From the IMG/VR virus record IMGVR_UViG_2541047830_000006: 10,126 nucleotides of DNA, one strand, 5' to 3'. The translations under genes were made by a program, and so were the position numbers. Shown here one piece after another: positions 1-5,730 of the stretch; positions within the stretch are counted from its first letter, which is position 1; every line of letters starts with the position of its first letter. Source of the DNA: a virus. Lineage: Duplodnaviria; Heunggongvirae; Uroviricota; Caudoviricetes. The notes below the pieces were generated by a model. The model did not search any database. It saw only the letters and a program-made list of their open reading frames with translations, and was not told the DNA's origin.

Positions 1-129
1 GTCGATTTAGATATGGCTACCGAGGAAGAAAAGTTAAGCCTGACACACTGGAAAAAATACCGTGTGCTACTGAATCGCGTTCAGCCGGAAAATGCTCCGG
101 ATATAGAATGGCCAGAAATGCCGCAATAA
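1..129 (+). CDS. Tail fiber assembly protein, C-terminal fragment (5' end lies outside the window)
   Basis: Frame 1 is open from base 1 to TAA at 127-129 and reads [42 protein letters not shown]. The [11 protein letters not shown]...APDIEWP tail matches, from memory, the conserved C-terminus of enterobacterial Tfa / P2 gpG-type proteins. Confidence 0.7.
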   Translation, partial: VDLDMATEEEKLSLTHWKKYRVLLNRVQPENAPDIEWPEMPQ

Positions 130-190
130 ATCGTATTAGCTCTGGTATGAGATTACTCATCTATGGCACAGAGTAAAACCTAATCAGGCT

Positions 191-215
191 GTCCGTTCCG
201 TGCCAGGAGCGGACG
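191..215 (+). repeat. Hairpin-forming repeat, copy A (9-bp arms GTCCGTTCC / GGAGCGGAC, loop GTGCCA)
   Basis: Seen directly: 22 of 25 positions identical to 1114-1138, including an exact 16-nt match GTGCCAGGAGCGGACG. The arms pair 9/9 if one G.U pair is allowed. Confidence 0.6.
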
Positions 216-356
216 TTGTAAAGTTTATTTGGAGAATAATGGTTAGAAGAACTATGTAGATCATAGCCCTCTAAAGTCAGTAGTCTTACACCATATAAAT
301 GGTCATTTAGAGATAGTACACCACCTACAAAAAACGAGATAAAGCGTGCAAGCGGC

Positions 357-542
357 ATGAAGATACATAAAATACTCCATTCTGCACTTGATGTTAGGAT
401 GAATACTGACACTCGCTTTGTAAAGATAAAGATGATCTTGAGGATGATTAGTTTATTAATTATCTCCAATGTTTGTTATTTTGTGATGATAAAGATTCTC
501 TGGATTAATAGGATGGTAATTCAATTAAAAGAGACCTTATAG
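357..542 (+). CDS. Hypothetical small hydrophobic protein (61 aa), doubtful
   Basis: ATG-initiated ORF with a hydrophobic stretch (MISLLIISNVCYFVMIKILWI); its stop TAG 540-542 sits inside the bidirectional terminator hairpin. No convincing Shine-Dalgarno upstream (caagcggcATG), and AT-rich DNA gives spurious ORFs easily. Confidence 0.2.
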   Translation: MKIHKILHSALDVRMNTDTRFVKIKMILRMISLLIISNVCYFVMIKILWINRMVIQLKETL

Positions 543-554
543 AAGGCCTCTTTT
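527..554. terminator. Bidirectional rho-independent terminator (stem GAGACC / GGCCTC with one mismatch, loop TTATAGAA, A4 and T4 flanks)
   Basis: Hairpin 531-550 is flanked by AAAA (527-530) and TTTT (551-554), so a U-run follows the stem on either strand. It lies 25 nt beyond the stop (579-581) of the reverse-strand membrane protein gene. Confidence 0.5.
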
Positions 555-578
555 AAGTTATGAGAGCTGATTTTATAT

Positions 579-956
579 TCAATAGAGTATTCTCATCGAA
601 GAAATAACCTCATAAAATGTAAAGACAGCCAGCAAAAAAATACAGATAAAGATAAGGGAAATAGCACACTTAACTAAGGACTGAATCCCCCGAGGTGTTC
701 CCCATGGTTTAGACATTTGGGTTATAACCCAAATAAATAGGGCCATAAAACAGCAAACACCAGCCAATCCGAGCAGAGATATTATGACAACTCCAAACAG
801 ATTTCCAACATCTAGTTTATCTGTTTTTGCAACTAGGGTTAACAAACCAGCAATAATAGTTGCTATCGATATTCCCGCAATGGTTGTGAGATCAGCGATA
901 ACAGCCAGTTTTTCTTTAGTATTTCCTTGAGTAAAAACCTCTAAAATTGATTTCAT
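579..956 (-). CDS. Hypothetical small integral membrane protein (125 aa, about 3 predicted TM helices)
   Basis: ATG start (rc of 954-956) is preceded by AGGTGG (rc of 966-971) at 9-nt spacing. Three long hydrophobic segments (about residues 17-43, 53-78, 91-118). Has its own candidate promoter and terminator; no family recognised. Confidence 0.7.
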   Translation of the reverse strand: MKSILEVFTQGNTKEKLAVIADLTTIAGISIATIIAGLLTLVAKTDKLDVGNLFGVVIISLLGLAGVCCFMALFIWVITQMSKPWGTPRGIQSLVKCAISLIFICIFLLAVFTFYEVISSMRILY

Positions 957-978
957 GGAAAATAACCACCTACTATCG

Positions 979-1008
979 ATTATATTCAGGAACTTTTTAT
1001 CATAACAA
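979..1008 (-). promoter_or_regulatory. Candidate sigma70 promoter for the membrane protein gene (-35 TTGTTA, 18-bp spacer, -10 TATAAT)
   Basis: On the reverse strand TTGTTA is the rc of 1003-1008 and TATAAT the rc of 979-984. The -10 is a perfect consensus; the spacer is at the long end and the leader would be very short. Confidence 0.4.
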
Positions 1009-1113
1009 TATCAGATAGATAAGGATATTGTAATATTTTGGATGATTTAAACTTACTTTTGTAACTCTAATGTCCACTTTTCGCTCACAGCGGACCTTTA
1101 GCTCAGTTACCTC

Positions 1114-1138
1114 GTCCGCTTTGTGCCAGGAGCGGACG
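1114..1138 (+). repeat. Hairpin-forming repeat, copy B (arms GTCCGCTTT / GGAGCGGAC, loop GTGCCA)
   Basis: Seen directly: 22/25 identity to 191-215. All three differences lie in the 5' arm and keep pairing only if G.U pairs are allowed, i.e. as RNA from the + strand. Confidence 0.6.
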
Positions 1139-1398
1139 CTAACCTGATTGACGGGAAATCATATTAAGTCGGCATAAAAAATTAGAATATCTTTAGTGAT
1201 TATTACTAATGTGTGTGTATAACTTATGCCTAATTTATCGCTCCGGCTGAGGGAATCTTGCCTCCGCTGTCACTTTTAGGTATGTTAACAACTATTTTTA
1301 CAGTGGTTCCGAGTTATGCTATCTAACAGATTACTTGAACCGAGTCCGTTTATCAGTATGGCGTTTTATATGCTCAGAGTCCATCCAAGGAGTGACTT

Positions 1399-1875
1399 TT
1401 GAAATTTGAACAAATCTATAAAAATATTACTGGCCTTAGCTGTCCCATATTCGGGATTCAGTGGAATGCTCCAATAATAGAAACTGACGAAGCGAAGAAG
1501 ATCGTCATTTTTCTTGAGGACAAGCGCGTTCTTTTCAATCCTGTCGACATGGAGGGTGCTAGTCATTGCACTTCGAGTGTTATCAACATTAGATCTGAAT
1601 TGACTAAAGTCCTACAAGGTTTGCCGAGCGATTCACATTTAGCAAAACAATTAAGGAAAATGAGAAAAGCATGCCAAGAATTCTGTGACAGCGTTGGCTC
1701 CCCTCACTTTATCCAACTTGATCATCCTGTTCAAATATCCATACTTGAGCGAGCCCTTTTTAAACTGCGACAAAAGTGTGGTAACTCTCTGGCAGAAATA
1801 GCGGTTACCTATGGTCTTGATGTTGATGACGGATTGGCCAGTATTATCCCTTTTAATAATCCCAGTAACATATAG
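1399..1875 (+). CDS. Hypothetical protein (158 aa), TTG start, function unknown
   Basis: Strong Shine-Dalgarno AAGGAG (1387-1392) sits 6 nt before TTG 1399. The frame is closed just upstream by TGA 1393-1395, so the start must be this TTG or a later codon. No hydrophobic segments; no family recognised. Confidence 0.5.
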   Translation: MKFEQIYKNITGLSCPIFGIQWNAPIIETDEAKKIVIFLEDKRVLFNPVDMEGASHCTSSVINIRSELTKVLQGLPSDSHLAKQLRKMRKACQEFCDSVGSPHFIQLDHPVQISILERALFKLRQKCGNSLAEIAVTYGLDVDDGLASIIPFNNPSNI

Positions 1876-2038
1876 CAATGACTATGAATTTGCTTGCTGG
1901 ATTAATTATCATGCAACCGACAGTTTTGGGTCGGAAGCGGTTAGCAAATTAGTCATTAGTGAGTCGTTATGTCCGTTCATCGCTCAAAGCAGACTGTCAG
2001 ATTTAATAGCGTTTTGATTATGTAACTTGTCAGTTGGA

Positions 2039-2047
2039 AGCTGAGTG
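2039..2047. repeat. IS10 target site duplication, left copy (AGCTGAGTG)
   Basis: Identical 9-mer at 3377-3385 immediately flanks the other IS10 end. It is close to the known IS10 target preference GCTNAGC (one mismatch). Confidence 0.85.
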
Positions 2048-2087
2048 CTGATGAATCCCCTAATGATTTTGGTAAAAATCATTAAGT

Positions 2088-2128
2088 TAAGGTGGATACA
2101 CATCTTGTCATATGATCAAATGGTTTCG
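2088..2128 (+). promoter_or_regulatory. IS10 pIN region (weak transposase promoter; -10 TATGAT overlapping a Dam GATC site)
   Basis: TATGAT at 2111-2116 overlaps GATC 2114-2117, as expected near IS10 bp 64-70; the -35 is poor, consistent with a weak promoter. Placement is from remembered IS10 biology. Confidence 0.45.
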
Positions 2129-2162
2129 CGAAAAATCAATAATCAGACAACAAGATGTGCGA
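2094..2162 (-). ncRNA. IS10 RNA-OUT antisense RNA from pOUT (approximate coordinates)
   Basis: From remembered IS10 biology RNA-OUT starts near IS10 bp 115 and runs toward the outside end. A TAAAAT -10 (rc of 2170-2175) is correctly placed for a reverse-strand start near 2162. Ends not verified. Confidence 0.4.
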
Positions 2163-3363
2163 ACTCGATATTTTACACGACTCTCTTTACCAATTCTGCC
2201 CCGAATTACACTTAAAACGACTCAACAGCTTAACGTTGGCTTGCCACGCATTACTTGACTGTAAAACTCTCACTCTTACCGAACTTGGCCGTAACCTGCC
2301 AACCAAAGCGAGAACAAAACATAACATCAAACGAATCGACCGATTGTTAGGTAATCGTCACCTCCACAAAGAGCGACTCGCTGTATACCGTTGGCATGCT
2401 AGCTTTATCTGTTCGGGCAATACGATGCCCATTGTACTTGTTGACTGGTCTGATATTCGTGAGCAAAAACGACTTATGGTATTGCGAGCTTCAGTCGCAC
2501 TACACGGTCGTTCTGTTACTCTTTATGAGAAAGCGTTCCCGCTTTCAGAGCAATGTTCAAAGAAAGCTCATGACCAATTTCTAGCCGACCTTGCGAGCAT
2601 TCTACCGAGTAACACCACACCGCTCATTGTCAGTGATGCTGGCTTTAAAGTGCCATGGTATAAATCCGTTGAGAAGCTGGGTTGGTACTGGTTAAGTCGA
2701 GTAAGAGGAAAAGTACAATATGCAGACCTAGGAGCGGAAAACTGGAAACCTATCAGCAACTTACATGATATGTCATCTAGTCACTCAAAGACTTTAGGCT
2801 ATAAGAGGCTGACTAAAAGCAATCCAATCTCATGCCAAATTCTATTGTATAAATCTCGCTCTAAAGGCCGAAAAAATCAGCGCTCGACACGGACTCATTG
2901 TCACCACCCGTCACCTAAAATCTACTCAGCGTCGGCAAAGGAGCCATGGATTCTAGCAACTAACTTACCTGTTGAAATTCGAACACCCAAACAACTTGTT
3001 AATATCTATTCGAAGCGAATGCAGATTGAAGAAACCTTCCGAGACTTGAAAAGTCCTGCCTACGGACTAGGCCTACGCCATAGCCGAACGAGCAGCTCAG
3101 AGCGTTTTGATATCATGCTGCTAATCGCCCTGATGCTTCAACTAACATGTTGGCTTGCGGGCGTTCATGCTCAGAAACAAGGTTGGGACAAGCACTTCCA
3201 GGCTAACACAGTCAGAAATCGAAACGTACTCTCAACAGTTCGCTTAGGCATGGAAGTTTTGCGGCATTCTGGCTACACAATAACAAGGGAAGACTCACTC
3301 GTGGCTGCAACCCTGCTTACTCAAAATCTATTCACACATGGTTACGCTTTGGGGAAATTATGA
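2155..3363 (+). CDS. IS10 transposase (402 aa)
   Basis: Full-length ORF starting MCELDILHDSLYQFCPELHLKRL..., recognised as IS10/Tn10 transposase. ATG lies at element bp 108 as expected and the ORF ends 13 bp before the inside end. Confidence 0.95.
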   Translation: MCELDILHDSLYQFCPELHLKRLNSLTLACHALLDCKTLTLTELGRNLPTKARTKHNIKRIDRLLGNRHLHKERLAVYRWHASFICSGNTMPIVLVDWSDIREQKRLMVLRASVALHGRSVTLYEKAFPLSEQCSKKAHDQFLADLASILPSNTTPLIVSDAGFKVPWYKSVEKLGWYWLSRVRGKVQYADLGAENWKPISNLHDMSSSHSKTLGYKRLTKSNPISCQILLYKSRSKGRKNQRSTRTHCHHPSPKIYSASAKEPWILATNLPVEIRTPKQLVNIYSKRMQIEETFRDLKSPAYGLGLRHSRTSSSERFDIMLLIALMLQLTCWLAGVHAQKQGWDKHFQANTVRNRNVLSTVRLGMEVLRHSGYTITREDSLVAATLLTQNLFTHGYALGKL

Positions 3364-3376
3364 GGGGATCTCTCAG

Positions 3377-3385
3377 AGCTGAGTG
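3377..3385. repeat. IS10 target site duplication, right copy (AGCTGAGTG)
   Basis: Exact 9/9 match to 2039-2047, directly abutting the IS10 inside end. Confidence 0.85.
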
Positions 3386-3400
3386 AGAACAAATCAAGGC

Positions 3401-3432
3401 AGGCGGGCTGATTGCCCGCCTTTTCTTTATTT
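3401..3432 (+). terminator. Rho-independent terminator (8-bp GC-rich stem AGGCGGGC / GCCCGCCT, loop TGATT, then TTTCTTTATTT)
   Basis: Perfect 8-bp stem 3401-3408 / 3414-3421 with a 5-nt loop and a T-rich tract. Before the IS10 insertion it lay about 190 bp downstream of the 158-aa cargo ORF; it now sits between IS10 and the FI promoter region. Confidence 0.8.
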
Positions 3433-3500
3433 GTTGTTTCATCCACTGGCCAGCCAGGTCAAATAGCGTCTCATGCTCTGCACAACAGAAAATAGTTGCA
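3432..3500 (+). promoter_or_regulatory. Putative Ogr-dependent late promoter region for the FI operon
   Basis: Position (between terminator and FI start) is what P2 biology predicts. It contains an 8-bp perfect palindrome CTGGCCAG (3446-3453) and an imperfect TGT-N12-CCA (3435-3452) rather than a clean TGT-N12-ACA site. Transcription start not determinable from sequence. Confidence 0.3.
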
Positions 3501-3524
3501 CCCATTAACCACGGAGTTAAACGG

Positions 3525-4715
3525 ATGAGTGACTATCATCACGGCGTGCAGGTGCTGGAGATTAACGACGGCACCCGCGTCATTTCCACCGTATCCACGG
3601 CCATTGTCGGCATGGTCTGCACGGCCAGCGATGCGGATGCGGAAACCTTCCCCCTCAATAAACCGGTGCTGATAACCAATGTGCAGAGCGCAATTGCAAA
3701 GGCCGGTAAAAAAGGCACGCTGGCGGCATCGTTGCAGGCCATCGCCGACCAGTCAAAACCGGTCACCGTTGTCGTGCGTGTGGAAGACGGCACCGGCGAC
3801 GACGAAGAAACGAAACTTGCGCAGACCATTTCCAATATCATCGGCACCACCGACGAAAACGGTCAGTACACCGGACTGAAAGCCCTGCTGGCGGCGGAGT
3901 CGGTAACCGGTGTTAAACCGCGTATTCTTGGTGTGCCGGGACTGGACACCAAAGAGGTTGCCGTCGCACTGGCATCAGTCTGTCAGAAGCTGCGCGCTTT
4001 CGGGTATATCAGCGCATGGGGCTGTAAGACCATTTCCGAGGTGAAAGCCTACCGCCAGAATTTCAGCCAGCGTGAGCTGATGGTCATCTGGCCGGATTTC
4101 CTCGCATGGGATACGGTCGCCAGTACCACCGCCACCGCGTATGCCACCGCTCGTGCACTGGGCCTGCGTGCTAAAATCGACCAGGAGCAGGGCTGGCATA
4201 AAACGCTGTCCAACGTCGGGGTAAGCGGTGTTACCGGCATCAGCGCCTCTGTATTCTGGGATTTGCAGGAGTCCGGTACCGATGCTGACCTGCTTAACGA
4301 GTCAGGCGTCACAACGCTGATTCGCCGTGACGGTTTCCGCTTCTGGGGTAACCGTACCTGCTCTGATGACCCGCTGTTCCTCTTTGAAAACTACACCCGC
4401 ACCGCGCAGGTGCTTGCCGACACGATGGCTGAGGCGCACATGTGGGCGGTGGACAAGCCCATCACCGCAACGCTGATTCGCGACATCGTTGACGGCATCA
4501 ATGCCAAATTCCGTGAGCTGAAAACAAACGGCTATATCGTGGATGCGACCTGCTGGTTCAGCGAAGAATCCAACGATGCGGAAACCCTCAAGGCCGGAAA
4601 ACTGTATATCGACTACGACTATACACCGGTGCCTCCTCTTGAAAACCTGACCCTGCGCCAGCGTATTACCGATAAATACCTGGCAAATCTGGTCACCTCG
4701 GTTAACAGCAATTAA
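3525..4715 (+). CDS. FI: Phage tail sheath protein (P2 gpFI-like, 396 aa)
   Basis: Full ORF with GGAG Shine-Dalgarno 8 nt upstream. Sequence MSDYHHGVQVLEINDGTRVIS... is recognised as P2-family FI and the length matches the 396 aa I remember for P2. Confidence 0.95.
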   Translation: MSDYHHGVQVLEINDGTRVISTVSTAIVGMVCTASDADAETFPLNKPVLITNVQSAIAKAGKKGTLAASLQAIADQSKPVTVVVRVEDGTGDDEETKLAQTISNIIGTTDENGQYTGLKALLAAESVTGVKPRILGVPGLDTKEVAVALASVCQKLRAFGYISAWGCKTISEVKAYRQNFSQRELMVIWPDFLAWDTVASTTATAYATARALGLRAKIDQEQGWHKTLSNVGVSGVTGISASVFWDLQESGTDADLLNESGVTTLIRRDGFRFWGNRTCSDDPLFLFENYTRTAQVLADTMAEAHMWAVDKPITATLIRDIVDGINAKFRELKTNGYIVDATCWFSEESNDAETLKAGKLYIDYDYTPVPPLENLTLRQRITDKYLANLVTSVNSN

Positions 4716-4727
4716 GGAGCCTGACCG

Positions 4728-5246
4728 ATGGCAATGCCGCGCAAACTCAAGTTAATGAACGTCTTTCTGAACGGCTACAGCTATCAGGGCGTTGCAAAGT
4801 CCGTCACGCTGCCAAAACTGACCCGTAAGCTCGAAAACTATCGCGGTGCGGGGATGAACGGCAGCGCACCGGTAGACCTCGGCCTTGATGACGATGCGCT
4901 GTCAATGGAGTGGTCGCTCGGGGGCTTCCCGGATTCGGTTATCTGGGAGCTTTACGCCGCAACCGGCGTGGATGCCGTGCCGATTCGTTTTGCAGGCTCT
5001 TACCAGCGTGACGATACCGGCGAAACGGTGGCCGTCGAAGTGGTCATGCGTGGACGTCAGAAAGAAATCGACACCGGAGAGGGTAAACAGGGAGAAGACA
5101 CCGAGTCGAAAATCTCCGTGGTCTGCACCTATTTCCGGCTGACGATGGACGGTAAGGAGCTGGTCGAAATCGACACCATCAACATGATTGAGAAGGTGAA
5201 CGGCGTCGACCGGCTGGAGCAACACCGCCGCAATATCGGCCTGTGA
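4728..5246 (+). CDS. FII: Phage tail tube protein (P2 gpFII-like, 172 aa)
   Basis: ORF starts 12 nt after the FI stop, preceded by AAGGAG. MAMPRKLKLMNVFLNGYSYQG... is recognised as P2-family FII; length matches. Confidence 0.95.
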   Translation: MAMPRKLKLMNVFLNGYSYQGVAKSVTLPKLTRKLENYRGAGMNGSAPVDLGLDDDALSMEWSLGGFPDSVIWELYAATGVDAVPIRFAGSYQRDDTGETVAVEVVMRGRQKEIDTGEGKQGEDTESKISVVCTYFRLTMDGKELVEIDTINMIEKVNGVDRLEQHRRNIGL

Positions 5247-5253
5247 TTTTCAT

Positions 5254-5274
5254 CCGGTCAGCCAGGCTGACCGG
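5254..5274 (+). promoter_or_regulatory. Perfect 10-bp inverted repeat CCGGTCAGCC-A-GGCTGACCGG between FII and E, with no following T-tract
   Basis: Seen directly, 8 nt after the FII stop. GC-rich stem but no U-run, so more likely an attenuator, RNA stability or processing element than a full terminator. Confidence 0.4.
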
Positions 5275-5302
5275 TTAACCCTGATTCAGAAGTGAGAAAA
5301 CC

Positions 5303-5578
5303 ATGAACAAAGAAAATGTGATTACCCTGGACAATCCGGTCAAGCGTGGTGAGCAGGTTATCGAACAGGTCACGCTGATGAAACCCAATGCCGGGACGCT
5401 GCGCGGTGTCAGTCTGGCTGCGGTCGCGAACTCCGAAGTCGATGCACTGATTAAAGTGCTGCCGCGCATGACGGCACCGATGCTGACTGAGCAGGAGGTC
5501 GCCGCGCTGGAGCTGCCTGACCTTGTGGCGCTGGCCGGTAAGGTGGTCGGTTTTTTGTCGCCGAACTCGGTGCAGTAA
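5303..5578 (+). CDS. E: Tail assembly chaperone E (P2 gpE-like, 91 aa)
   Basis: ORF MNKENVITLDNPVKRGEQVIEQ... ending TAA 5576-5578. It contains the slippery heptamer T-TTT-TTG at 5551-5557 in the X-XXY-YYZ register of the E frame. Confidence 0.9.
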   Translation: MNKENVITLDNPVKRGEQVIEQVTLMKPNAGTLRGVSLAAVANSEVDALIKVLPRMTAPMLTEQEVAALELPDLVALAGKVVGFLSPNSVQ

Positions 5579-5730
5579 CGTTTCCGAAAAATCTCTCGGT
5601 CGATGACCTGATGGCGGATGTGGCAGTGATATTTCACTGGCCGCCATCAGAACTGTATCCCATGAGCCTGACCGAACTCATCACATGGCGCGAAAAGGCG
5701 CTCCGGCGAAGCGGAAACACGAATGAGTAA
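5303..5730 (+). CDS. E': Tail assembly chaperone E+E' produced by a programmed -1 frameshift at TTTTTTG (5551-5557); predicted 142 aa
   Basis: After a -1 slip the reading frame stays open from 5557 to TAA 5728-5730, giving 85 + 57 = 142 residues ending ...WREKALRRSGNTNE. This matches the known P2 E/E' arrangement (analogous to lambda G/GT). The E' end overlaps the T start. Confidence 0.8.

Larger units (their letters stand above)
2048..3376 (+). mobile_element. IS10 insertion sequence (IS4 family), 1329 bp, intact; outside end at 2048, inside end at 3376
   Basis: Outside end CTGATGAATCCCCTAATGATTTTGGTAAAAATCATTAAG at 2048 and inside end ...TTATGAGGGGATCTCTCAG at 3376 form the imperfect terminal inverted repeats I remember for IS10. 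Length is exactly 1329 bp, GATC sites sit at both ends as in IS10, and the 402-aa transposase is encoded inside. Confidence 0.95.

Noticed and set aside
161-469. 102-aa reverse-strand ORF from the six-frame track
   Set aside because: TTG start with no Shine-Dalgarno, low-complexity translation typical of AT-rich DNA, and it runs through hairpin repeat A and the sequence just after the tail fiber assembly gene stop. Most likely spurious.
1096-1113. tRNA-like D-loop string TAGCTCAGTT
   Set aside because: Only the D-loop-like decamer is present; no acceptor stem, anticodon arm or T-arm can be folded around it, so it is not a tRNA or tRNA fragment I can support.
1811-2017. 68-aa forward ORF overlapping the end of the 158-aa ORF; also reverse ORFs 1366..1566 and 1651..1878
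   Set aside because: The 68-aa frame opens only 3 codons before its ATG (TAG at 1799-1801) and lacks a ribosome binding site. The reverse ORFs are antisense to the better-supported 158-aa ORF. Treated as chance ORFs.
130-2047. Retron, integron cassette (attC) or CRISPR interpretation of the structured repeats
   Set aside because: No reverse transcriptase or integrase gene in the window, the repeats lack attC core sequences (RYYYAAC / GTTRRRY), and there is no regularly spaced repeat-spacer array.
2396-2759. Short ORFs inside IS10 (2396..2584 +, 2568..2759 -)
   Set aside because: Alternative-frame or antisense ORFs within the well-established IS10 transposase coding region.
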